This document shows, one piece after another, positions 48,306 to 58,023 of a stretch of 64,000 bases of DNA. A model generated the notes under the pieces. It searched no databases and was not told the origin of the DNA. It saw only the letters and a program-made list of their open reading frames with translations. Each line of letters opens with the position of its first letter. The first letter of the stretch is position 1. The stretch spans positions 173,557-237,556 of the forward strand of contig CALEIS010000135.1 in assembly GCA_937877675.1 (NCBI GenBank), written 5' to 3'. The position numbers and the translations under genes are program-made. The DNA comes from an uncultured Clostridia bacterium. GTDB taxonomy: Bacteria; Bacillota; Clostridia; Oscillospirales; Acutalibacteraceae.

Positions 48306-48336
48306 GGGCTGACCAATAAAGGTCAGCCCTTTTTTA
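48306..48336 (+). terminator. rho-independent terminator
   Basis: gggctgacc-aataaa-ggtcagccc followed by tttttt. Confidence 0.7.
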
Positions 48337-49062
48337 TTACATTCTTTTATCGTTATTCTTCAAGTTTCTAAACTCTACCTTGAATGTTGTTTCAATCAAA
48401 TCCTCTGTTCTAAATCTTCTAGGACTTTGATTTACATTTCCTAATGTCTCAGGGCATTCGTTGAAGAATTGGAAATAATGAGTTCCTTTATAACCCCACT
48501 TCTCTAATTCTTTTAGAATTTTATTAGCCTTTTCCTCATTGGTAATCTCAGGGTGAATTGTAGTTCTTGTCTCAAACGGAACATTATTACTAATCATGTA
48601 TTCAAGTAACTGTTCCATATGCCATCTAAGCATACTGTTACCGTGGAACTTCAAGTATTCATTAGGAAGGTCAGGGTATTTGTAGTCCAAGGCTACATAA
48701 TCTATCAATCCGTCCTCAATCATCTCAATAACCAAGTTAGGATTAGAACCATTAGTATCTACCTTTACCTTGAACCCTTGCTCTTTACACCACTTCGCAC
48801 TGTCAATTAGATAGTCTCTGTGGAGGGTACATTCACCACCACTGAATACTACATAATCAATGAGATTCTTACGAGAGAGAAGATAATCCTTTATCTCTTG
48901 TGGGTTTAACTCAGGAAGTTGCCCTTTCCATAATTGAACATTATAACAATAGCCACATCGGAAATTACATCTGCTGCTAAACAGAACACAAGATGTATAA
49001 CCTCTCATGTCAATCATGGAAAGTTTCTCCACACCACATACTTTACTAAACACATTACTCAT
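48337..49062 (-). CDS. nrdG: anaerobic ribonucleotide reductase activating protein (radical SAM)
   Basis: CNFRCGYCYN (CxxxCxxC) near the N-terminus. Size and context fit NrdG. Confidence 0.75.
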   Translation of the reverse strand: MSNVFSKVCGVEKLSMIDMRGYTSCVLFSSRCNFRCGYCYNVQLWKGQLPELNPQEIKDYLLSRKNLIDYVVFSGGECTLHRDYLIDSAKWCKEQGFKVKVDTNGSNPNLVIEMIEDGLIDYVALDYKYPDLPNEYLKFHGNSMLRWHMEQLLEYMISNNVPFETRTTIHPEITNEEKANKILKELEKWGYKGTHYFQFFNECPETLGNVNQSPRRFRTEDLIETTFKVEFRNLKNNDKRM

Positions 49063-50024
49063 ACTTTTCTCTTTATTAGAATTCTTGTATAAAGTGCTTT
49101 TCTATCGAGAACAGGGCCTCTTGTTCTCAAAACTTTGCCACTTTTTTCTTCGTATTCTGCATTTTCACCACAGATAAATCCGTTCACATAATCACTTTGA
49201 GAAAACCTATTGAAAATTCCTACAATTTCAAATAAATCCTCTCTCTGCCTATCAATGTAAGTAACAGGAACTCCCATCAGACCATCATAATCAACAGGGA
49301 TGTCTTTACTGTTTTTCACATGAATAGCATCCAAGTTATCATACTTAGGATAATCTTTTTCATTATAATGACATACAGGTTCAATTCCTTTATTATCTTG
49401 TGAGATGTCAAAGTTAGTATACCACCTTACACCATCCACTCTGATGTATTTTACACCTTTTTCATCTATTCTACTTGCCTTTTCACTTAAAGGATAATCA
49501 TCAGGAACTCTAAACTCCCTGTCACCACTATGTATTGAGACACCAAGTCTCACCTCATTTCTCTTGAAATATGGAAACACTTCCTTTGTCACCACTCCTT
49601 TATTCGTTCCAAGAGTAATGAACTTCTTACCGTGTTCCATAATCAACTTCAAATGTTGTCTGAATAAAGAGAATGGAGGATTAGTAACAACTATATCACA
49701 TTGCTTCAAAAACTCAATACATTCTTCACTTCTGAAATCTCCATTACCTTTCATTACAGTTAGTTGCATTTCATCTTTATTGATGTCCTCTAATGTACCA
49801 TGAGGATAAGAAGTACAGATAAGACGCTTCAACCCTAACTTATCAAAATTATCAAAGAAGTATTTTCTAAAATTAGAATAGTGGTCGTCACAGTTGCAAT
49901 ATACAGTTTTATCCTTGAAGAAATGAGTATAATACTTCATTTCTTTTTCAATATCTTCATACGAAGTATAAAATTCATCTGCCTTTCTTCTTTTGGCATC
50001 ATTTAATGTATTTCTAGTTCCCAT
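49059..50024 (-). CDS. adenine-specific DNA methyltransferase (EcoRI-methylase-like)
   Basis: ADEFYTSYEDIEKE...VYCNCDD...VVTNPPFSLF. Confidence 0.7.
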   Translation of the reverse strand: MGTRNTLNDAKRRKADEFYTSYEDIEKEMKYYTHFFKDKTVYCNCDDHYSNFRKYFFDNFDKLGLKRLICTSYPHGTLEDINKDEMQLTVMKGNGDFRSEECIEFLKQCDIVVTNPPFSLFRQHLKLIMEHGKKFITLGTNKGVVTKEVFPYFKRNEVRLGVSIHSGDREFRVPDDYPLSEKASRIDEKGVKYIRVDGVRWYTNFDISQDNKGIEPVCHYNEKDYPKYDNLDAIHVKNSKDIPVDYDGLMGVPVTYIDRQREDLFEIVGIFNRFSQSDYVNGFICGENAEYEEKSGKVLRTRGPVLDRKALYTRILIKRKV

Positions 50025-50881
50025 TATTCGTATCTATCTAACTCCAAGAATTTACTAATACTCAATGCAAACACTTCACAACCATTACGCTCAAAGTGTG
50101 CATCTTCGTGATAGTGACCGTTGAACCAATACTTAGGATTGAACTTGGCAATGATTTTATCAATGTTCTCACGTTCTTCCTCAATAGTTTCTTTCAAACC
50201 CTTGGGGAATTTCTTGTTAGGTTGCCAGAAGTCACCCTCTTTCTCACGGATTGCCCAGTTCTCTACAAAGTGTGACTTCATACATTCAGGAGGTGTCGGC
50301 CCACTATGAGCAAATACTCCGTAAAATTCAGATGCTTCCATCTTATCATACAAATCATACTTCATGTATTCGTCATCCCAATAAGTGAAGCCTAATACAC
50401 GATGTCTACCACTTCTGTCAATGGAGATAGAACCAGGAACTACGAGATAACGCTTACCATTATGACTAATAACAGTATCGCCATCTCTTAAACAATGGAT
50501 ATTATCAAACCAATCCCACAACTTACTATCTTCTGCGTACTTGGAAGGGTCATCATGATTACCTCTGAATACCCATACATCATTGTTGTTACCCTTTGCC
50601 CACTTATCCAATTCCTTCAACCACTTTACATCACCATAAGGCTTATAATCACTATCTTTGTAATCATACCGATAAAATCCTACACCAATGTCTCCAAGGA
50701 TGATGATGTCTGTATTCTCGAAACCACCACACTTATCAACACTATCAAAAAATCCTTTGTGCTCCTCTTCATCTCTAAGGCAACCATGAATATCACCACA
50801 GAGTAAGCACATGTCATGTTTAAGTTCGTATTCCATAATAAAAGAAAAAGGCGTAAAGTTTCCCTTACGCCCATTATACAT
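50024..50881 (-). CDS. calcineurin-like metallophosphoesterase
   Basis: CGDIHGC, LGDIGVG, RGNHDDP and GHYH. Confidence 0.7.
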   Translation of the reverse strand: MYNGRKGNFTPFSFIMEYELKHDMCLLCGDIHGCLRDEEEHKGFFDSVDKCGGFENTDIIILGDIGVGFYRYDYKDSDYKPYGDVKWLKELDKWAKGNNNDVWVFRGNHDDPSKYAEDSKLWDWFDNIHCLRDGDTVISHNGKRYLVVPGSISIDRSGRHRVLGFTYWDDEYMKYDLYDKMEASEFYGVFAHSGPTPPECMKSHFVENWAIREKEGDFWQPNKKFPKGLKETIEEERENIDKIIAKFNPKYWFNGHYHEDAHFERNGCEVFALSISKFLELDRYE

Positions 50882-50897
50882 TAGTTCTTATAAATTG

Positions 50898-51494
50898 TCA
50901 ACCGTAAGTGTAATAAATGTTACCATTTTTTGCTTGAGTGAAATAAATCTGTACATCGTTAGCATTCATCTCACCGTTTGATTCTTGGACAGTATCAATT
51001 ACGAAATTCTTCCATTCATCTTTACCTCTCCAATTATCATTAGCCATCTCAAGCACTTGTTCAAAATCGTAGTCAGTTACATCTTCACCACAAACTTCTG
51101 CCCAACCATCGAATACCTCTTTTTCGAGTGTCTCCAATTGAACATACTTATTAGCAAAGTCAATGTCTGCTTCTTCGATATAGCCACCTCTCTTAATCCA
51201 AGAAGGGCCGTGAGCATCAGCAATCTCTCTTTCCTTACCATAAATGTCAGAAGGATTGTTATGACCATTGATTACGATTTGTTCGCCATCTACCATCTCA
51301 TAGACAATAGGACTGTCAATTGCAGCTTGCTCTAATACGAGATTGTACTTTTCCTTGAGGTATTCACTCACCTTATCGAATGCCTCTTGCTCAGAAAGAA
51401 CTTTTTTAGATTTTACTACAAATGATTCTTTAGGAGTTGCACTTTCCGTCAATACTCCACTAACCTTTAGAATTGTAATATTATACTCAAACAT
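50898..51494 (-). CDS. MFEYNV-family protein (paralogue 3)
   Basis: MFEYNITILKVSGVLTESATPKESFVVKSK...KEKYNLVLE, plus a unique C-terminus. Confidence 0.6.
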   Translation of the reverse strand: MFEYNITILKVSGVLTESATPKESFVVKSKKVLSEQEAFDKVSEYLKEKYNLVLEQAAIDSPIVYEMVDGEQIVINGHNNPSDIYGKEREIADAHGPSWIKRGGYIEEADIDFANKYVQLETLEKEVFDGWAEVCGEDVTDYDFEQVLEMANDNWRGKDEWKNFVIDTVQESNGEMNANDVQIYFTQAKNGNIYYTYG

Positions 51495-51499
51495 AACCA

Positions 51500-52117
51500 T
51501 TAATAATAACTTGTTCCACTTTGAGGTTTACCATCCCACAATGTTGCATACATGTAAGATTTGATTTTGCAACCAGGTCTTCCACTCCAATCAGAAATCT
51601 TTCTTCTAAATGGCTGAGCACCTTCTACAGGTTCAGGAGTAGGAACACATGTGTAATGTCCCCAATGCTTACCATCTTCCTTTCTCTGTGACTTTACCTT
51701 TATCAATGTAACAGAAGTATCTGTCATTTTCAACACTTTGAAGAAATCAATATTGGTCTGCTCATAACCCCAATCAGCTACAAAGTATTGTGGCTCAGCA
51801 GTTTGTGTGGGCTATTCCTTTACCTTATTCTTTGAACCAGCAGGTCTACCTCTTCTCTTAGCAGTAGGCTTATTGAAAGAAGCTCCACCTTGAGTATTCC
51901 CTGTTGTTACATTACTTGGCTCTTCATTGTCAAATCCACTTACTGAGAATTCTTCTACAACCAAACCATACTTCTGCTCATAGAAATTTGCCACCTTGTT
52001 ATACAAAGTGTTCTCATCAAGTTGTGACTTGCTCTTTACTACAAGATTTTTATTAGGGAGTACACTTTCCGTCAATACTCCACTAACTTTTCTAATTTCA
52101 ACTTTATACTCGAACAT
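51500..52117 (-). CDS. MFEYNV-family protein (paralogue 4) with TAG before the C-terminal domain
   Basis: MFEYKVEIRKVSGVLTESVLPNKNLVVKSK...SKNKVKE*PTQTAEPQYF... TAG at 51812-14. Track ORFs 51812.. and 51500.. share a frame with no other stop between them. Confidence 0.6.
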
Positions 52118-52128
52118 GTTGAAATTAT

Positions 52129-53160
52129 TTATTCAACTGTACTGAGTAATCTGTTGTGAAATCTTAGATAATCTCCTACTGTAATGCCATTATCAAAACA
52201 TAAAGTATTGAGCATGTTTGTGATTCTCTCTCCCTTGGTGTATCTCACCCCCTTTGGAATCTCTTTATCTGTCAAGAAATCCTCACACTTCTTCACCCAT
52301 CTGTTAATCTCATCGTAACCAATAGGCTGCTCACTCTTCTTATAGATACCATATAACTCCGCAAGTTCAGTATACTTCTCTAAGTATTTCTCTTTCAAAG
52401 CCTTCCATCTCTTGTTGATAATGGCATAAGGAATACCTGCAACATAGAATACATAACCCTCTACTTCACAACCCTTTACATCAATCTTTCCATTGATAAG
52501 AGACTTGGAACTCTCAGCCAATTTGTCAAGTAGATTAGGAATATCTGACAATTCACAATTCTTGGGAATGTCAACTACTGTATCAATGTCCTCAGTAGGA
52601 ATCATCTCATCAATGAGGTAACACTTAAAACCTTTGTCAGCAGTAATTGTAAAGTACGTCTGAAGTTCTTTCAAAACGAAGTCAACATCCTCATCTTCAA
52701 CATTACCCTTGAACTTACGAATAACAACAGCACCCTTTTTGCCCATACGAACCTTATGATACTTGGTAGCTACTATGGTAACAGTATTGTCAGCATCATA
52801 GTATTCTTGAGGAGCATAAATCAACTCACCCTCAAACTCAAAAGCACCATACTTACGCTTCATCTTCAAAAGTTCCATGAGCATGTGCGTCTGTAAGTGT
52901 TCTACAAGAGCTTGGTGACTAGGTTCTCTGCTAATGTTATCATACTCACCTCTTGCAGTTTTGATAAGGATTCTGTTATCATCTCCTACCTTGACTGCAA
53001 AACATTGACCATCAATCTTTTCAGTAACTCCACCTCCAATACCAAGGGTAAGAAGGTGAAGTTCCTTACGGTTATCAATAAGTCGTGGTTTGAATTGAGT
53101 TCTCAAACGCTTACGACTTACCTTATTCATCTTTATTGTAGAAATTTTATTCATTTGCAA
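52129..53160 (-). CDS. ATP-dependent RNA/DNA ligase-like nucleotidyltransferase
   Basis: Motif I KxDG (GVTEKIDGQCF). Confidence 0.5.
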   Translation of the reverse strand: MQMNKISTIKMNKVSRKRLRTQFKPRLIDNRKELHLLTLGIGGGVTEKIDGQCFAVKVGDDNRILIKTARGEYDNISREPSHQALVEHLQTHMLMELLKMKRKYGAFEFEGELIYAPQEYYDADNTVTIVATKYHKVRMGKKGAVVIRKFKGNVEDEDVDFVLKELQTYFTITADKGFKCYLIDEMIPTEDIDTVVDIPKNCELSDIPNLLDKLAESSKSLINGKIDVKGCEVEGYVFYVAGIPYAIINKRWKALKEKYLEKYTELAELYGIYKKSEQPIGYDEINRWVKKCEDFLTDKEIPKGVRYTKGERITNMLNTLCFDNGITVGDYLRFHNRLLSTVE

Positions 53161-54008
53161 TCATCTTCTAATTGTTCATTCCACCACTCTTTGATTTCAG
53201 AAGGATAATCAAAACCTTCACGTTCCATTTCATCAATGTATTCCTTAACAATGAAGTCAATCCTATCGAAGAGGGGATGCTCAGGGTCACTAATCAAAGA
53301 CCATACATCCATTACATTTCTGAAACTGTGTCTTACATCAATTACATCAAGAAGAATGTACAAGATTTCTTCAGGGTCATTTGTAACGAGTTTCTTTTCA
53401 ATAGTCTTGACAGTCTTATTGATACGTCCATTCTTACCCTCATAAGAACGAGTCATTCGGAACAACCCATGTCTCTGGTCAAAGTACAGACGGTCAAAGT
53501 AAAGAACTGTGCCATCCTCATTTGTATGAACAACAGTATCCTTGTACTTGGAGATAGCACGAATAAGACCATTACGTGTAGCAGATTTCCACGGAGTATC
53601 ACCATCTGTCATCATTCCCCATTCTGCCATACCTACATTTTCCACAGGCATCAAATCAACCTGTACATAACGGTCAGTACGCTTGCCATCCTTATCAAAG
53701 ATAGGGAAAGGTATGCTGTGAATGTCTAAACCTTTAGAATAATTGTATTCAGGAAGTGTTACATACAAATCGTTCAAACGCTTGGTAATCCCTTCCTTAT
53801 CCAATCCTAAACGTCTCATCGCTACATTTACATCAAATGCAATGTCAATGTCTCCACAACTTTCACGAACTAAGAATGAACCACAAGGTACATACTCTCC
53901 AATTACCAAACCAAGGGCTTGATAGATATGTTCTCTCAGAACTTCATAAGTAGTTTCCATTTCCTCCTTATGAATTCGTCCTACTGTCTTTAGTGCTTTG
54001 CCTCCCAT
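53151..54008 (-). CDS. Pol-beta-superfamily nucleotidyltransferase
   Basis: GSF...CGDIDIAFD signature. Confidence 0.5.
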   Translation of the reverse strand: MGGKALKTVGRIHKEEMETTYEVLREHIYQALGLVIGEYVPCGSFLVRESCGDIDIAFDVNVAMRRLGLDKEGITKRLNDLYVTLPEYNYSKGLDIHSIPFPIFDKDGKRTDRYVQVDLMPVENVGMAEWGMMTDGDTPWKSATRNGLIRAISKYKDTVVHTNEDGTVLYFDRLYFDQRHGLFRMTRSYEGKNGRINKTVKTIEKKLVTNDPEEILYILLDVIDVRHSFRNVMDVWSLISDPEHPLFDRIDFIVKEYIDEMEREGFDYPSEIKEWWNEQLEDDCK

Positions 54009-54298
54009 AAAATTGTATCGTAATCTGATTCGTTAATTTCGTTAGTCTCCATGTGTCGCCATAATCCTACCACAGTGAGTCTGTGTTCGTCAAGCTCAAA
54101 CTTACGAGGATGTCCTGCAAATTCTCCCAAAGTCTGTACTATCTTTTTGAATTTCTGTTTACCAAATATCTTATACATCTGTCCTTGTGTCCAATCGACA
54201 GTTTCAGTCTTGTAAAGCTCTTGGTAACGGAAGTAATCTCCTTCCAACACAATTACCCATTCGTTAGGTATTCCGTATAATACTCCTGTAAATTTCAT
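53990..54298 (-). CDS. hypothetical protein
   Basis: 102-aa ORF. TATAAT lies 9 nt upstream of the ATG. Confidence 0.5.
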   Translation of the reverse strand: MKFTGVLYGIPNEWVIVLEGDYFRYQELYKTETVDWTQGQMYKIFGKQKFKKIVQTLGEFAGHPRKFELDEHRLTVVGLWRHMETNEINESDYDTILWEAKH

Positions 54299-54307
54299 GG
54301 CACAGTT

Positions 54308-54336
54308 ATTATACTACAACTCCTAATCTCTGTCAA
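54308..54336 (-). promoter_or_regulatory. TTGACA-N17-TATAAT promoter cassette
   Basis: attata at 54308-13 and tgtcaa at 54331-36. Confidence 0.7.
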
Positions 54337-54350
54337 TACTTTTTTGAAGA

Positions 54351-54377
54351 AAAATAAAACCCTCCATCTCAGGAGGG
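54351..54377 (-). terminator. rho-independent terminator after the nrdD tail ORF
   Basis: ccctcc-atctca-ggaggg, with a T-run on the minus strand. Confidence 0.65.
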
Positions 54378-54411
54378 TCTATTATTACATTCTGTTATCG
54401 AGGTTTAGTAA

Positions 54412-54588
54412 TCAGCAACCACAAGAGCATTGACAACCCTTGACCTTAAAGAACTCACGCTCAGCGAATTCTGACTTCTTACCAACATTGAATGAATTAA
54501 CATTACGATAGTAACCCATTACACGAGAGAATACCTCACAACGCTGTCTCTCACCCTCATACTTACTTAAAAATTCTTTCTTGCCCAT
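54412..54588 (-). CDS. stand-alone glycyl-radical domain of NrdD (58 aa)
   Basis: MGKKEFLSKYEGERQRCEVFSRVMGYYRNVNSFNVGKKSEFAEREFFKVKGCQCSCGC contains the class III RNR C-terminal RV.GY..(N).N.GK..E motif. It is below the track's cut-off. Confidence 0.6.
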   Translation of the reverse strand: MGKKEFLSKYEGERQRCEVFSRVMGYYRNVNSFNVGKKSEFAEREFFKVKGCQCSCGC

Positions 54589-54686
54589 AATTGTATAACT
54601 ATTTACATGCTACTTTTTGCTATTTCTCTTTTATTATTTCTGAATTTCTGTTGAATTTCCTTATTCATTGTCGTAGCATCAATGAC

Positions 54687-55466
54687 TTATGAAAAATCAA
54701 CAATTTCTAATCTTTTTTTGGCATACTCAGTTTGAGCTTCTGATAGTTCAATGCCTATGTAACTCATACCCAAGTTCTTACATGCCATTCCTGTTGTCCC
54801 TGTTCCACTAAAAGGGTCAAGTACAACCATTCCCTCTTTACCGTATAATGACAATAACTTCTCACACAACTCTGTGGAATATGTGCATTTGTTCAAGTCA
54901 TTAGTTCCATCGTTATTCTTTGCTTCAATGAAGTTGTAATAACACTCATAAAACTTCTGTCCATGATGACTAACACTCTTCACAGCCTTGTTTGTAGTGA
55001 ATGTTTTTATCTCATCCTTTCTACAGAGAACAAACACATGCTCCCAAATTCTTGTCAACTGAGTGGCTGATACATTATTAGGAATAGCACTTCTTTTCTT
55101 CCAACAAATGTCATCTGCCATTGTGAAGCATGTATTCCTAAAGATGTCTGCTAATGTCAAATACATACATTCTGTGTTCATTCCACCATAGTTCATGTTC
55201 CATAAGATTACTCCATTAGGTTTCAATACACGCTCAAACTCTTTGAAGTATTGAAGCATCCACTCAGAGTATTCTTCATTCGTCATTGTATCAAGTCTGA
55301 TGTCATAACGAACAGTAGGATGTCCCTTTGTGTTCTGCTTTCCTAATGTTGCTCCACCTTTTTTATTCGTATTATAAGGAGGAGAGGAAAGAATGATGTC
55401 GATAGAATGGGAGGGGTGGTTTTTCAACCACCCCAATGAATCACAGTTATGAAGTTGAAGATTCAT
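54687..55466 (-). CDS. DNA methyltransferase (beta class, SPPY motif; N4-cytosine or N6-adenine)
   Basis: LSSPPYN...DPFSGTGTTG. It sits between the two parts of nrdD. Confidence 0.8.
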   Translation of the reverse strand: MNLQLHNCDSLGWLKNHPSHSIDIILSSPPYNTNKKGGATLGKQNTKGHPTVRYDIRLDTMTNEEYSEWMLQYFKEFERVLKPNGVILWNMNYGGMNTECMYLTLADIFRNTCFTMADDICWKKRSAIPNNVSATQLTRIWEHVFVLCRKDEIKTFTTNKAVKSVSHHGQKFYECYYNFIEAKNNDGTNDLNKCTYSTELCEKLLSLYGKEGMVVLDPFSGTGTTGMACKNLGMSYIGIELSEAQTEYAKKRLEIVDFS

Positions 55467-57406
55467 TATGCCTTATTGGGGTCAATTTCATCAGCATGTT
55501 TTGCCATCAACTCCTTGTCACACAACGGACAGAACTCATGGATACCAGGGATTCTGCCATGCTTAGGACATGTGGAGAATGTTGCTGTGAAAGAAACATA
55601 AGGAAGTCTATAGTTGGTGAGAACTTTACGAAGAAGAACTTTACATTCCTCTGCTGTTACATCCTCATCATTATAAATGTGGAGAACCGTACCACCTGTA
55701 TATGCCTTCTGTAAGTCATCCTGTAAATCCAATACTGCAAATACATCATCGGAGAAATCTACAGGAAGTTGTGAAGAGTTGGTGTAATAAGGAGCATCAG
55801 GGAAACCTGCCTGAATAATGTCAGGATAACGCTTAATGTCTTCACGAGCAAATCGTGTAGTAGTACCCTCAGCAGGGGTTGCTTCCAAATTCCACAATGC
55901 CTTACCTGTTTCCTGATAACCTACCATTCGCTCATTCATCCACTTGAGAATATCCAATGCCATCTTCTGTCCACGTGGGTCAGTAATGTTATACTCATCA
56001 TTGGTGAAATTACGTACCATCTCATTCATACCATTTACACCAATCGTAGAGAAGAATGTATCCAAGGTACGAACATATCTGCGAGTGTAAGGATAAAGAC
56101 CACGAAGATTCATCTCCTCTACAAATGCACGCTTCTTATCAAGAGTAGAACGTGCCATGTCCATCAACTGTCCAAGACGCTTATAGAGAGCCTTCAAATC
56201 TCCCTTGTAAAGATAACCAAGACGAGCCATGTTAATAGTTACTACACCAATAGAACCTGTCTGTGCATCAGAACCAAAGAGACCACCACCACGCTTTCTA
56301 AGTGCCTTACGGTCAAGCTGCAAGCGACAGCACATACTTCTTACGTCATCAGTAGAGTAAGCACTTTCATCACGGATAGTGAGCTTACCGTTTTCATCAC
56401 GGAGATACTGAGAGCCAATGAAGTTCTGGAAATAGGTAGAACCATAGAGAGCAGCATTCTCAAAGAGGAATTCATACTCAGGATTATCCCATTCAAAGTC
56501 CTCAGTAATGTTTACGGTAGGAATAGGGAATGTGAAAGGCTGTCCTACGCAATCACCCTCAGAAAGAACCTCATAGTACATCTTAGAGATAATCATCATC
56601 TCTTTCTTGAAGTGTTCATAAGTGAGGGAATAGAGAATAGTTTCCTCATCACTTTCAAAGTCATTGAGACGCTTACGTGCTTCTGCGAACAATCTATTCC
56701 AACCCTCATTATTAGTATCAGTTTCGCTCTCACAGAACTCACGATAATTACGAACAAAATAAGGTTCTTCACCACGCTGAGGAGCAAGATACTTCATATG
56801 ATTAGGAACAGTCATGTCAATAGTAACATTGCTGAAAGGAGACTGACCCCATCTGCTAGGAACATTGAGATTATAGACAAATGAAAGTAGAGCTTTCTTT
56901 ACATCACGTTCATCAATACCCTCTACTGTCATATCAAAAAACACATAAGGTGCAAGGAGAGTATCGAATGAGGAGAAAGCCTGAGCACCTGCCCACTCAC
57001 TCTGTAGAATACCTACGAAATTAGCCATCTGACCTAGTGCTTCACGGAAATGCTTGGGTGGCTTAGAAGATACACGGCTTACAACACCATTGAAACCTTC
57101 CTGAAGCAAACGCTGCAAATCATGTCCACAACAATAAGCTCCAAGAATGTCAAGGTCATGAATGTGATAATCGCCATTACGGTGAGCATCGCCTTCCTTC
57201 TTAGTGTAAACCTTATCAAGCCAATAGTTAGCAATAGCTTTACCTGCGAGATTATTCACAAGCCCTGCTGCACTATAACCTGTATTAGCATTAGCATTGA
57301 TACGCCAATCACTCTTGTTAATATACTCTTCAACTGATGCTACGCAATCCATCTTCGTAGCACGAGCAGAGTCCGCTTTAATTACATCTTGTAGTCCTTC
57401 AATCAT
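55466..57406 (-). CDS. nrdD: anaerobic ribonucleoside-triphosphate reductase, large fragment lacking the glycyl-radical tail
   Basis: 646 aa with class III RNR hallmarks. It ends just after the Zn-ribbon cysteines (CPKHG...CPLCD) and has no RV.GY motif. Confidence 0.75.
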   Translation of the reverse strand: MIEGLQDVIKADSARATKMDCVASVEEYINKSDWRINANANTGYSAAGLVNNLAGKAIANYWLDKVYTKKEGDAHRNGDYHIHDLDILGAYCCGHDLQRLLQEGFNGVVSRVSSKPPKHFREALGQMANFVGILQSEWAGAQAFSSFDTLLAPYVFFDMTVEGIDERDVKKALLSFVYNLNVPSRWGQSPFSNVTIDMTVPNHMKYLAPQRGEEPYFVRNYREFCESETDTNNEGWNRLFAEARKRLNDFESDEETILYSLTYEHFKKEMMIISKMYYEVLSEGDCVGQPFTFPIPTVNITEDFEWDNPEYEFLFENAALYGSTYFQNFIGSQYLRDENGKLTIRDESAYSTDDVRSMCCRLQLDRKALRKRGGGLFGSDAQTGSIGVVTINMARLGYLYKGDLKALYKRLGQLMDMARSTLDKKRAFVEEMNLRGLYPYTRRYVRTLDTFFSTIGVNGMNEMVRNFTNDEYNITDPRGQKMALDILKWMNERMVGYQETGKALWNLEATPAEGTTTRFAREDIKRYPDIIQAGFPDAPYYTNSSQLPVDFSDDVFAVLDLQDDLQKAYTGGTVLHIYNDEDVTAEECKVLLRKVLTNYRLPYVSFTATFSTCPKHGRIPGIHEFCPLCDKELMAKHADEIDPNKA

Positions 57407-57533
57407 AACTGTGTAATGTGTAATCTTTACTTACTGCCTTTCATTATACGGCAGTTCTATTCATTTGCATGATTTTCAGATAAATTTCACTCATAATCTT
57501 TTGAGTGTTTGAGGATGATAAATAATACACAGA

Positions 57534-57980
57534 ATGTTTAAGTGTTTTAAATTTATTGATGACATGATGAAGCAGCTCAATGAAGCTGATGAAATGCCTA
57601 TGGATGATGATACTGAAATGGGTGGTGATGATGCTGCTATGGAAGACCCTGCTGCTGAGGGAGATATGGATATAGAAGGCGGTGAAGCCCCTGTTGAAGG
57701 TGCGGAAAGTAACCCTGCTTCAAATCCTGAATAGATTGCAGAAGTAGATAACGGTACGTTTATTTCTGACCTTGGTAATGCAGAAGTAGCAAAAACACTT
57801 CTCAAAGCAGTAACAAAAGCATTGCCAAATGAAATTATACCTCCTCAATTTGAAACTGTCACAACTGATAACGCTAATGCAGTAATTCAATACGCAAAAA
57901 ATCTTCTTCAACTTGATGGTACTGATGAAAGTAATCCATATGAAAATATGACTTACGATGATGCTCTCAAAAATGCTTGA
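57534..57980 (+). CDS. acidic protein read through one TAG
   Basis: ORF 57534..57734 ends at TAG 57732-34. The frame continues for 81 sense codons (IAEVDNGTFISDLGNAEVAKTLLKAV...) to TGA 57978-80. The antisense track ORFs here look spurious. Confidence 0.55.
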
Positions 57981-58023
57981 GAAAAAGCTTGACAATTTTA
58001 GATTCATGAGATAGAATTGGGCT

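Noticed and set aside
57491-58007. Minus-strand ORFs 57491..57805 and 57720..58007.
   Set aside because: They are antisense to the plus-strand acidic protein, which reads smoothly through one TAG. The minus-strand translations are Ser/Ile/Cys/Phe-rich low-complexity sequence.
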